A DNA stretch of 25,082 bases, taken from contig CAIMDH010000138.1 in NCBI GenBank assembly GCA_903839715.1, forward strand, positions 1 to 25,082, written 5' to 3'. The position numbers and the translations under genes are program-made. The notes under the pieces are model-generated. The model had not been told where the DNA came from. It did no database searches and was given only the letters and a program-made list of their open reading frames with translations. Position 1 is the stretch's first letter; each line of letters begins with the position of its first letter. Origin of the DNA: an uncultured bacterium. GTDB lineage: Bacteria; Patescibacteriota; Minisyncoccia; Phycocordibacterales; UBA918. This document shows, piece by piece, positions 17,619 to 25,082 of this stretch.

Positions 17619-19063
17619 ACCTTAGAACGATTATAGTTATCGCTGACATTTACTGGGGCTTATATAGTCCAGCAATACAATCCGAAGATCATATCACCCC
17701 CCATATTTAACCTTCCAGCATAGGTCAGGCGTCACCCTCTATACATCCACTTACGTGTTCGCAGAGAGCTGTGTTTTTGTTAAACAGTCGGCAGGAAATC
17801 TTTCGCTGCGGCCTCATACATTGCTGTAGAGGCAGGCCTTATCCCTAAGTTACGGCCGCTTTTTTGCCGAGTTCCTTGAGGACCAATCACTCGTTCGCCT
17901 TAGTCTTCTCGACTCTACCACCTGTGTCGGTTTGCGGTACGGAACCGTTATGTTTAACCCAAACGAAGTTTTTCTCGGAAGCGTGCTCTTTATATTTGCT
18001 TGGCCGTAGCCGCGCATTCAGACTCATCTCGGAATATTGCCACGCGGATTTGCCAACGTGACTTCCTCAAAGCTCCAGCACCAATCCAATAAGATGCTAT
18101 AAGTACAACGCTCCGTCCCTCCATAGGAACATAACAGTGTGCAGGAATATTAACCTGCTATCCATCGGGTCCCCCATTCGGGATTCCCTTAGGACCGACT
18201 AACCCTTCGCTGATCAACATAGCAAAGGAAACCTTGGTATTTCGGCGGACGGGGGTCTCACCCGTCTTGCGGTTACTTGTGCCGGCATTCTCACTCCTCC
18301 TCGCTCCACCGCGGCTCTCGCCTTGGATTCATCGCAGAGAAGGACGCTCTCCTACCACTCCCATGATAAATCATGGAAATCCGCAGTTTCGGTAATATAC
18401 TTGAGCCCCGATCATCTTCGGCGCAAGGACTCTCGATCAGTGAGCTGTTACGCTTTCTTTAAAGGATGGCTGCTTCTAAGCCAACCTCCTGATTGTTTGA
18501 GAATCCTCACCTCCTCAAGTTGCACTGAGTATATATTTAGGGACCTTAACTGGCGATCTGGGCTGTTTCCCTTTCGACCAATGGAGCTTCTCCCCCATAG
18601 TCTAACTGCTGCGCTATAATCTACTGGTATTCGGAGTTTGATAGGAGCAACGAGATTTCTCCCTGTTTGCTCCTTCCAGTGCTCTACCCCCAGAGGGACC
18701 ACGCAACGCCAACCCAAAAGCTGTTTCGGAGAGAACCAGCTATTACGTAATTCGATAAGCTTTTCACTCCTTACCACAAGTCATCCCATAGTTTTGTACG
18801 GCTAACGGGTTCGGGCCTCCACGACCTATTACAGTCGCTTCACCCTGCTCATGGTAAGCTCATCACGCTTCGGGTCGTACCCCTACCCTATATTCGCGCT
18901 ATTCACGCTCGCTTTCACTGTGCCTCCGTGGGTCTACCACTTAGACAAAGGATAAAGGTACACTCGCCGGCTCATTCTTCAATAGGCACGCCGTCACCCC
19001 AATAAATTGAGGCTCCGACTCCTTGTAGGTGTATGGTTTCAGATCTATTTCACTCCCCTCTCC

Positions 19064-19109
<46 letters not shown>

Positions 19110-19333
19110 TCCAAGAATATTTAGCCTTACCAGTTAGTACTGGCAGATTCATTCGGGCTATTCGTGTCCCGAACTACTCAGGAACTCAAACAAAAGAGAC
19201 ATATGCATTTCGAATACAGGACTATTACCTACTGGGGTCGAGCTTTCCAACTCATTTTTCTATACATACATTTTATAACTCTTTGCAACTAAATGCCGTC
19301 TGAGCCCTACAACCCCATTAATGTAAACATTAA

Positions 19334-19368
<35 letters not shown>

Positions 19369-19381
19369 AAGGGAATCGCAA

Positions 19382-19479
19382 GAACCTTCTTCCTGAACAT
19401 AATGGCGCAGAGCACCAACGTCCAGGAACTAGTCCCTGAACATGATGCAATGCATCTGTTCAGAAAGAAAGTTCCGTTA
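19382..19479 (-). other. About 98-nt expansion or IVS in 23S helix 12 (E. coli about 224-231)
   Basis: Between AGAAAGCAA and TTGCGATTCCC: an 18-bp stem GAACTTTCTTTCTGAACA / TGTTCAGGAAGAAGGTTC closing three internal hairpins. Confidence 0.85.
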
Positions 19480-20110
19480 TTGCTTTCTATTCCTCCAGCT
19501 ACTGAGATGTTTCACTTCGCTGGGTGCGCATCTACATACGTAGATTCCTGCTGATAGCAGGAGGGTTTCCCCATTCGGAAATTTCCGGGTCAAAGGTTAT
19601 TTGGCACCTCGCCGAAACTTATCGCAGCCATAACACGTCCTTCATCGCTTCTTGAAGCCTAGGCATCCACCATACACCCTTACATTCCTGTAAGGAACAG
19701 TACATACGTACTACTCTCTTACCAAATGCGATTTTGTACACCGCTGTACAATTCTGAGTGTGTCTGGTCTCTGAAAAATACAATAATCAGAACCAGACTT
19801 GTGTTTGGTTTGCTGGGGACGAAAAGACCCGCCAAATGGCAATTGTCTTTACCCAACAAACCGCTTTTTACCTACAGCGCAAAATTGCCTCGCAATTTTT
19901 GCGCTATTACCTCGCTAGCGTCGAACTAGCGAGGATTTTGCGGAACAGGCCTTATCAACCTGTTCCTAGAATATGCAATTATCAAGTATCGCGTACCCCC
20001 TTGAGTTTTGGATAAAAAAGACCGCGTTGTCGCGGCAGTACATTCGCGGTTGCGAAAGTTCTGTGCGACTAGCTCCCTTAGTTCCCAATACTCATAAATA
20101 CGTAGGCGCC

Positions 20111-20138
20111 ATTGTATACAATCAAAAAATAAAGTCAA
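20111..20138 (-). promoter_or_regulatory. rRNA-type promoter for the stand-alone 23S-5S unit
   Basis: TTGACT, 16-nt spacer, TACAAT, then GC-rich discriminator GGCGCC, as in classical rrn P1 promoters. Confidence 0.75.
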
Positions 20139-20239
20139 GCGCTCAGTGTGGCAAACGAGGCTTAGTTATCTACATTTATATCAACAGTTTTATACACAGG
20201 ACAAATAAGCCTTATTTTTTGTTGCTTGCGTAGGAAAAA

Positions 20240-20273
20240 CTAAAGCCCGGCGCTTTATGGCGCCGGGCTTTAG
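20240..20273 (-). terminator. Terminator of the winged-helix gene
   Basis: 14-bp inverted repeat CTAAAGCCCGGCGC / GCGCCGGGCTTTAG followed by TTTTT on the minus strand. Confidence 0.75.
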
Positions 20274-20281
20274 TCTCTTCC

Positions 20282-20926
20282 CTACCCTCTAAATGAACCT
20301 GTGTGCAACTCATCACGAACCCCGATCCGATCAATCAGTATCTGGTGTTTGTAATCAAATACGTCGCGTGTCAGCTTGTCATTCATACCGACTCGGTACA
20401 ATAGATTATCGGAAGTCATAATCGCGAAGCGAATTTCTATCCCAATCTCAGCCTCCAGTGAACGAATCGCCGTCTCGATTTTAGCTTGTGAAACTTTCTT
20501 CATTGCAATCAGGACATCAAGCTGTTGCTCAAACTCACGGACAAACACCCCTGCTACCGCCAAAAAATCAACAGTGCCAGCCTTACGTAGATGCAATAAA
20601 AGCGTTTTACCATCTACGGGAGCTGTTTCAAATAGAAATGTCTGCAAAGCTTGTAACTCTGGAAATTTCTTGTTAAGTCCATATCCAATAGCTTTAGTCT
20701 TCTTTTCTTTACCGTCCTTACCAAGAGTTATAACGTACAGTGTTCGTTTAGTGATTACTTCAGCTCGCTCTAGTGCTGATATTTCGGTACGCGCAGTACG
20801 CCGTACCAGCTTTGCACGTTTACACATATCCTCAAAAGTAAACTCCTTAGAGGGGTTAAAGAGAAAAAAGCGTAGCAATTTTACTCGAGCTTGGCTGCCA
20901 AACAAGATAGAAAGAGGGTCTGCCAT
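20282..20926 (-). CDS. Winged-helix (ArsR-like) protein with degenerate nucleotidyltransferase-like C-terminal domain
   Basis: LFGSQARVKLLRFF...HTH N-terminus; C-terminal AGVFV...LDVLIA resembles a minimal NTase GS/DxD region with only one Asp. Confidence 0.75.
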   Translation of the reverse strand: MADPLSILFGSQARVKLLRFFLFNPSKEFTFEDMCKRAKLVRRTARTEISALERAEVITKRTLYVITLGKDGKEKKTKAIGYGLNKKFPELQALQTFLFETAPVDGKTLLLHLRKAGTVDFLAVAGVFVREFEQQLDVLIAMKKVSQAKIETAIRSLEAEIGIEIRFAIMTSDNLLYRVGMNDKLTRDVFDYKHQILIDRIGVRDELHTGSFRG

Positions 20927-21056
20927 ACAGATGTCGCGTGATTATAGCACGCAAGGAGAAAGCGCAAATCTGGACAGATTAACCGAGTGGTGTTGTGGAA
21001 AAAAGAAATTTGTCATATAACTACTGTAGGCCCATTAACTTTCTGGAGGTGACACC

Positions 21057-21389
21057 ATGTCTAAGATCATTTCCGCAGGGACAGTTCTTTTAGTTAGCCC
21101 GAACGACATTGTTAGATATCAAATTTTCTATGAGCGTAATACCGCACCCTTGGTTTGTCTCAACACACTAAGTGACAGTTATCGCTACTTGAAACGCTTC
21201 AACGACGCAGATATGATTTATCTCGACAGCGCCCTCCTCACCAAGGACGCGATACACCCGCTCGAGACCGAATTGCACCACCTCAGTCCTAGACTGAAAA
21301 TTGCGTATCTGCTCTTGAGCACGAATGAACTCTATCGATTGCCGTTACCGAAGAACTCTTTGTTTCGTTTACTCGAACCTATCAATTAA
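21057..21389 (+). CDS. Hypothetical protein, divergent CheY-like receiver fold suggested
   Basis: SD GGAGGTG (21045-21051) and its own terminator; TVLLVS...DMIYLDSAL...KIAYLLLS...LLEP spacing resembles a receiver domain. Confidence 0.65.
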   Translation: MSKIISAGTVLLVSPNDIVRYQIFYERNTAPLVCLNTLSDSYRYLKRFNDADMIYLDSALLTKDAIHPLETELHHLSPRLKIAYLLLSTNELYRLPLPKNSLFRLLEPIN

Positions 21390-21414
21390 CCCCACACCCG
21401 TGTGGGGTTTTTTA
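21388..21414 (+). terminator. Intrinsic terminator
   Basis: AACCCCACAC-CC-GTGTGGGGTT followed by a T run, at the stop codon. Confidence 0.75.
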
Positions 21415-21552
21415 TTTAGGCCAATAACCTTATTATAAGGCAAGGTAACTTTGAAGATTTCTTGCCAAAATAAAAACCTCGCAAATGCGAGGTTTTTATT
21501 TTGAACTAAGAAATTTACTTTAAAGTAAGGAGACCTTTCTCTCTGCATGCGC

Positions 21553-21588
21553 TCGGTCATGCAAAAGTAAACTTTCGCACGACTCTCA
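21553..21588 (-). repeat. Fold-back element core, homologous to 15518-15562
   Basis: TGAGAGTC(G/A)TG-[AT-rich hairpin with AAAG-TTT(T)A-CTTTT apex]-CATGACCGA at both loci. Confidence 0.8.
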
Positions 21589-21589
21589 C

Positions 21590-21613
21590 TTACTTGAAAG
21601 TTACCTTTGCGCC
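21590..21613 (-). repeat. Duplicate of the last 8 codons of rplL (22/24 identical, stop retained)
   Basis: Minus strand GGCGCAAAGGTAACTTTCAAGTAA versus rplL GGCGCAAAGGTAACTTTGAAATAA (21828-21805). Confidence 0.9.
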
Positions 21614-21766
21614 GTCACGAATCACTAAGCAAATTCACTCGTTTCACTCACGAATTGGCCAAGTGTTCGCTACCCCGCCTCAGCGCTTTCGAAGAAATAG
21701 TCTCCCAGACTATTTCTTCTGATACGCGCTTCCGGCTCTGGTGCAAAGGTAATTAAAATATAGGTA

Positions 21767-21802
21767 TTAAAAAACTACTCCCGGAAGGGAGTAGTTTTTT
21801 AA
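21767..21802 (-). terminator. rplJ-rplL terminator
   Basis: 16-bp inverted repeat TTAAAAAACTACTCCC / GGGAGTAGTTTTTTAA directly after the rplL stop. Confidence 0.85.
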
Positions 21803-21804
21803 CC

Positions 21805-22212
21805 TTATTTCAAAGTTACCTTTGCGCCAGCTGCCTCAAGCTTTACCTTAAGAGCCTCAGCATCTTCCTTCTTCATACCTTCCTTTACTACTGATGGAGC
21901 AGCGTCTACAAGGTCCTTGGCTTCCTTGAGTCCAAGACCAAGTACCTCCTTGACTACCTTGATAACTGCAATCTTCTGTGCGCCACCATCGGTGAGCTCA
22001 ACAGTAAATTCTGACTGCTCTTCAGCTGCTGGTCCTGCTGCTGGTCCTGCTACGGCTACCGCTTGTGCAGAAACACCAAAGTGCTTCTCGAGAACCTTCA
22101 CAAGAGCGTGGAGCTCAAGTACAGTCATCTTTTCTACTTGATCAATGAGAGCCTTAAACTCTTTTGGAATCTCTACTGTTTCGGTTGCAGCTACGGTTGT
22201 TTCTTCTGACAT
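21805..22212 (-). CDS. rplL: 50S ribosomal protein L7/L12
   Basis: [33 protein letters not shown] and AGAKVTLK. Confidence 0.98.
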   Translation of the reverse strand: MSEETTVAATETVEIPKEFKALIDQVEKMTVLELHALVKVLEKHFGVSAQAVAVAGPAAGPAAEEQSEFTVELTDGGAQKIAVIKVVKEVLGLGLKEAKDLVDAAPSVVKEGMKKEDAEALKVKLEAAGAKVTLK

Positions 22213-22355
22213 ACTAATTTTAGTGTAAATATTTTTAATTTTCTAAAAAGGTCTAGGTTGCCTGAGCTGCGAGGCGCACAAAGAAATTTTTGCGAGCCGT
22301 ACTAAATGTACGGTGAGTAAAAATTTCTGCAGTGCAACGAAGCAGATTAGGTGAA

Positions 22356-22841
22356 CTAGGCTTTTTTCTGAGCGATAGCGTCGAGAGAAATAACAAGACC
22401 CTGAATTGGGGAATTGATAATATTGACGAACATACCACGGAGAACTTGGAGTGGTGGGATTGAAGCAATCTCAACCATTTCCTCCTTTGACTTAAAGACT
22501 CCTTGGAATACTCCTCCCACAATCGCGAGATTGTCTTTGAACTTTCCAGAAAATTCTTTAATGCTTTGCGCTGGAGCGATTGCGTCACTACTGAAAGCAA
22601 CAGCAATTTCTCCATCAAGGTTTGGCATTTGACCTGTGAAGGTAGTACCAAACGCTTTTGTCATCAGTGTCTTCTTTGCAACAAAGTACCCTACTCCCTT
22701 CTCACGTAATTCCTTACGCATAGCGGTGGTATTGGCAACAGAGAGGCCTTTGTAGTGTACAAAGACGATAGACTCTGAATTGTCGCGGACGGTTTCAAGC
22801 TTCGCAAGAATGTCCTGCTTCTTAGCTTTTGTAATTGCCAT
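22356..22841 (-). CDS. rplJ: 50S ribosomal protein L10
   Basis: YKGLSVA...MRKELR, VAKKTL, LDGEIAVAF and IASIPP; upstream of rplL. Confidence 0.97.
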   Translation of the reverse strand: MAITKAKKQDILAKLETVRDNSESIVFVHYKGLSVANTTAMRKELREKGVGYFVAKKTLMTKAFGTTFTGQMPNLDGEIAVAFSSDAIAPAQSIKEFSGKFKDNLAIVGGVFQGVFKSKEEMVEIASIPPLQVLRGMFVNIINSPIQGLVISLDAIAQKKA

Positions 22842-22934
22842 GAATCAACTTTTGAGGATTATAAGTAACAACACAGGCCATGGATACGCTGTAGTATAAA
22901 CGTATCTTAGGCTTCGACCCCAATCTAAAAGAGT

Positions 22935-23004
22935 GGACCTCGGTCGGCGACTATTGCTAGTCATTACCGCACTTTCGTGCGACCAACTGTCATGAGCCTG
23001 GTCC
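22935..23004 (-). ncRNA. Structured core of the rplJ 5' leader (candidate cis-regulatory RNA)
   Basis: GGACC/GGTCC and GTTGGT/GCCGAC enclose CGCAC-GAAA-GTGCG and GACTA-GCAA-TAGTC; both GNRA loops lie on the rplJ sense strand. Confidence 0.6.
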
Positions 23005-23191
23005 GGAGAATATACCAGAAAGAGGGCGAGACGTAAAGGGGCGCCGGCAATTCCTCTTTTTCCCAAAACCAAGTTTTGGTATGATGTGTAGTGTCAGTTT
23101 CAATCCATACTTTCTAACGACTTGAGTATAGTACGTACGCTGACTGACCGGCTACGAATTGCACGGAGCGGAAAAGTCCCCCGGACTTTTT

Positions 23192-23262
23192 CGGGGTATA
23201 GCACAGTGGTAGTGTGCGTGCATGGGGTGCACGTGGCGGCGGTTCAATTCCGCCTATCCCGA
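23192..23262 (+). tRNA. tRNA-Pro(GGG), CCA not encoded
   Basis: Acceptor CGGGGTA/TATCCCG-A, D arm GCAC/GTGT, anticodon arm CGTGC-ATGGGGT-GCACG, T arm GGCGG-TTCAATT-CCGCC. Confidence 0.95.
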
Positions 23263-23266
23263 CAAT

Positions 23267-23307
23267 AAAAACCGGTAAAGGAAGCATTGCTTCCTTTACC
23301 GGTTTTT
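23267..23307. terminator. Bidirectional terminator between tRNA-Pro and the PNPOx-like gene
   Basis: 20-bp perfect inverted repeat AAAAACCGGTAAAGGAAGCA-T-TGCTTCCTTTACCGGTTTTT. Confidence 0.8.
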
Positions 23308-23310
23308 AAC

Positions 23311-23706
23311 TTACCCCACCACCTTCCCTGCTCGCTCCGCGTCTGCACTAATATCACGTACCGACTGTGGTGTCAGAATGACTATCCCCTTCACGACACG
23401 GCTTGGGAGTATCTCTTTAATCCACATCACCACCTCATCAAAAAGCGCGCCTGTCGTCTCGTAGCGCGCTACAGCCTTAAGCTGGTAGCCTTCAAGACCC
23501 TTCCAATATGCCAACGCTACCTCCGGATTACTTTGTATATTTTCTAGCGTCTGGCCAAAGAAATAATTAACCAGCAAAATCTCATCCCCCACCATCTTTA
23601 GTGTCGACACCGGCACTACGTTTACTTCCCCTGCACTACTCTTGGTCGCCAGCGCTTTTGCTTCGGCATGGAGTAACGTCTCCACACATGCTGCAGATAA
23701 TTGCAT
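23311..23706 (-). CDS. Pyridoxamine 5'-phosphate oxidase-like FMN-binding protein
   Basis: LATKS..GEVNVVP, QTLENIQSNPEVAL and GYQLKA motifs; 131 aa. Confidence 0.85.
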   Translation of the reverse strand: MQLSAACVETLLHAEAKALATKSSAGEVNVVPVSTLKMVGDEILLVNYFFGQTLENIQSNPEVALAYWKGLEGYQLKAVARYETTGALFDEVVMWIKEILPSRVVKGIVILTPQSVRDISADAERAGKVVG

Positions 23707-23788
23707 AGAACAAAAATTACTTCCTAAATAAGTTACTTATATCTACTCTGAAGTAAACCAAATATTTCCTTTTCGGAGTGTATGTGAA

Positions 23789-24268
23789 TTATACTTCGTT
23801 TTCTCTTTTGAGCTGCTCGGCCTTATGTCCAATCACGTTACTCGTGAGCTGGAAAAAGGTCGCTACAGCGGAGACAGCCAGGATAAGCACTGGATACAGA
23901 GCGTACGGCGTGAGGAGATAAAAGAAAATCACTGATGCGGCCGCCCAGGTACTCACGCACCACGGACAAGAGAGAAGATCAGCAAGAGTACGTCTAGGAC
24001 CAAACTTCGGTTTCTCAAGATCGTACCCCTTTCCGACCTTTACCACGTCCCAAAATTGCTCACGGAAAAACTTGGTCAACGCATCATACACAAAGAGTCG
24101 TGTCAGCCGCCAGGTTGCGAGAGTAATAAGCACAAAGTCAGTGAGCGTAAGCTCAGAGAGCTTCACCCGCGCTTCTGTCTCCAAAATAATCGCCCCCATT
24201 ACTACCAGCAAGGTAAAGAAGAGCAAAAATACTACATTCCAAAAATACTGATCCGTGATTTTAATCAT
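23789..24268 (-). CDS. DUF1360 family membrane protein
   Basis: LATWRLTRLFVYD and LLSCPWCVSTWAA motifs. Confidence 0.85.
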   Translation of the reverse strand: MIKITDQYFWNVVFLLFFTLLVVMGAIILETEARVKLSELTLTDFVLITLATWRLTRLFVYDALTKFFREQFWDVVKVGKGYDLEKPKFGPRRTLADLLSCPWCVSTWAAASVIFFYLLTPYALYPVLILAVSAVATFFQLTSNVIGHKAEQLKRENEV

Positions 24269-24277
24269 ACAAAACTA

Positions 24278-24373
24278 TTATACACCCAAGCCCACCACTA
24301 AAATAAAAAAGAGCGTGCCCGCCACCACCGCCACAAAACTCAGCAGAAACCGATAAAAAGTCTTATTGAACAT
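24278..24373 (-). CDS. Small single-TM protein, 31 aa (below the ORF-track cutoff)
   Basis: MFNKTFYRFLLSFVAVVAGTLFFILVVGLGV*; TATACT 10 nt upstream; stop 9 nt before the DUF1360 start. Confidence 0.6.
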   Translation of the reverse strand: MFNKTFYRFLLSFVAVVAGTLFFILVVGLGV

Positions 24374-24474
24374 GATGCCTTCTAGTATACCATCCCCTTA
24401 TTACTGTCGTTATCCCCGCCCACCCCAAGAAACCAAAAAGCATTCACTCCGAAGACCAACCTAGGGAAAGCGGC

Positions 24475-24813
24475 CTACATTAGCAATACAGAAAGTTTGG
24501 CTTGCACTTCTTCCAAAACTCCATTCGGAGCCTTACACCAAAATCGCACTCCTCGCTCCTGCCAATCGAGTGTCCTAATCTGGTCAACCAAAACCGCACT
24601 CTCTTCTTCCATTTTTTTGATAGACACCTCAAACGGATAACCCTTAATTTTGCTAGTCAGAGGACACACTATCATTAAGCCGGTTTTTTTATTATATGCC
24701 TTTGGAGAAATAACTAATGCAGGACGGTGATTTGATTGATCTCTACCCAGATTTGGATTGAGATTTATCCAGACGATATCTGCACGGTCTGGAGTATACA
24801 CTTTATTTACCAT
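24475..24813 (-). CDS. mazF: MazF/PemK-family endoribonuclease toxin
   Basis: PDRADIVWINLNP..G..Q...RPALVISP..YN, CPLTSKIKGYPFEV and VLVDQIRTLDW. Confidence 0.95.
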   Translation of the reverse strand: MVNKVYTPDRADIVWINLNPNLGRDQSNHRPALVISPKAYNKKTGLMIVCPLTSKIKGYPFEVSIKKMEEESAVLVDQIRTLDWQERGVRFWCKAPNGVLEEVQAKLSVLLM

Positions 24814-25049
24814 ACCTCTTTACCTACTGACTCATTCCACGAGATTTCTGACGGTGTATTATTTTTTGTAACAGCTTTAAGTAATGCGTCTAGTGTAACC
24901 TTAGGCTGCTCCACAATTTCAATCGCCAAGCCAGTGTCAGTTTCGGAAACCAACACACGACTTCCAAGTTTAAATGCCTTTTTGGCAGCAAGAGCTTGAG
25001 GGAGCCTAACACCTAGACTGTTTCCCCACTTTTGAATATTTGTTTCCAT
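24807..25049 (-). CDS. mazE: MazE (AbrB/SpoVT-fold) antitoxin
   Basis: IQKWGNSLGVRLP N-terminus and W...VGKEVW C-terminus; overlaps the mazF start. Confidence 0.95.
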   Translation of the reverse strand: METNIQKWGNSLGVRLPQALAAKKAFKLGSRVLVSETDTGLAIEIVEQPKVTLDALLKAVTKNNTPSEISWNESVGKEVW

Positions 25050-25055
25050 GTGGTA

Positions 25056-25076
25056 AGTATATACAGTGTATATACT
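25056..25076 (-). promoter_or_regulatory. mazEF operator palindrome overlapping the -10 box
   Basis: AGTATATAC-AGT-GTATATACT; minus strand TATACT lies 6 nt before the mazE ATG. Confidence 0.7.
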
Positions 25077-25082
25077 ATGTCA

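Noticed and set aside
19733-19745. TTGTACACC as a 16S rRNA remnant
   Set aside because: Only a short match; it is explained as part of the pre-23S leader/trailer stem.
20376-21020. 214-aa plus-strand ORF
   Set aside because: Antisense to the winged-helix gene; its Ser/Arg-rich composition is typical of a reverse-frame artefact.
22845-23072. 75-aa ORF as an rplJ leader peptide
   Set aside because: No RBS or attenuation signature; the region is better explained as structured RNA.
23192-25082. Integrative element at tRNA-Pro carrying mazEF
   Set aside because: No integrase and no duplicated tRNA 3' end is seen within the window; it cannot be excluded beyond the edge.

Overview
A Patescibacteria (CPR, Parcubacteria-like) chromosomal segment in genetic code 11; the taxon is inferred from gene content and protein style. 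From left to right it holds four secreted or lipoprotein genes with strong Shine-Dalgarno sites, yciB-like, archaeal-type pyrH, DUF805, a P-loop kinase-secF-secD block, folD, a sugar transferase, a GT4 glycosyltransferase, rodA and a membrane-anchored vWA protein. A minus-strand 23S-5S transcription unit follows, with no linked 16S. The 23S carries two group I introns (one in the sarcin-ricin loop encoding a LAGLIDADG endonuclease, one ORF-less at L1931) and a helix-12 expansion, and an anticodon-less tRNA mimic lies between 23S and 5S. The right end has a winged-helix protein, a receiver-like ORF, rplJ-rplL, tRNA-Pro(GGG), a PNPOx-like gene, DUF1360, a 31-aa membrane ORF and mazEF. The most unusual signals are non-coding: (i) the ends of 5S, 23S and rplL are each duplicated around hairpin-rich inserts, two of which share a homologous fold-back core; (ii) the tRNA mimic; (iii) a 31-nt guide inside the L1931 intron that is antisense to the ligated exons; (iv) a split between SD-led accessory genes and near-leaderless core genes. 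All structures were read by eye and none were computed.
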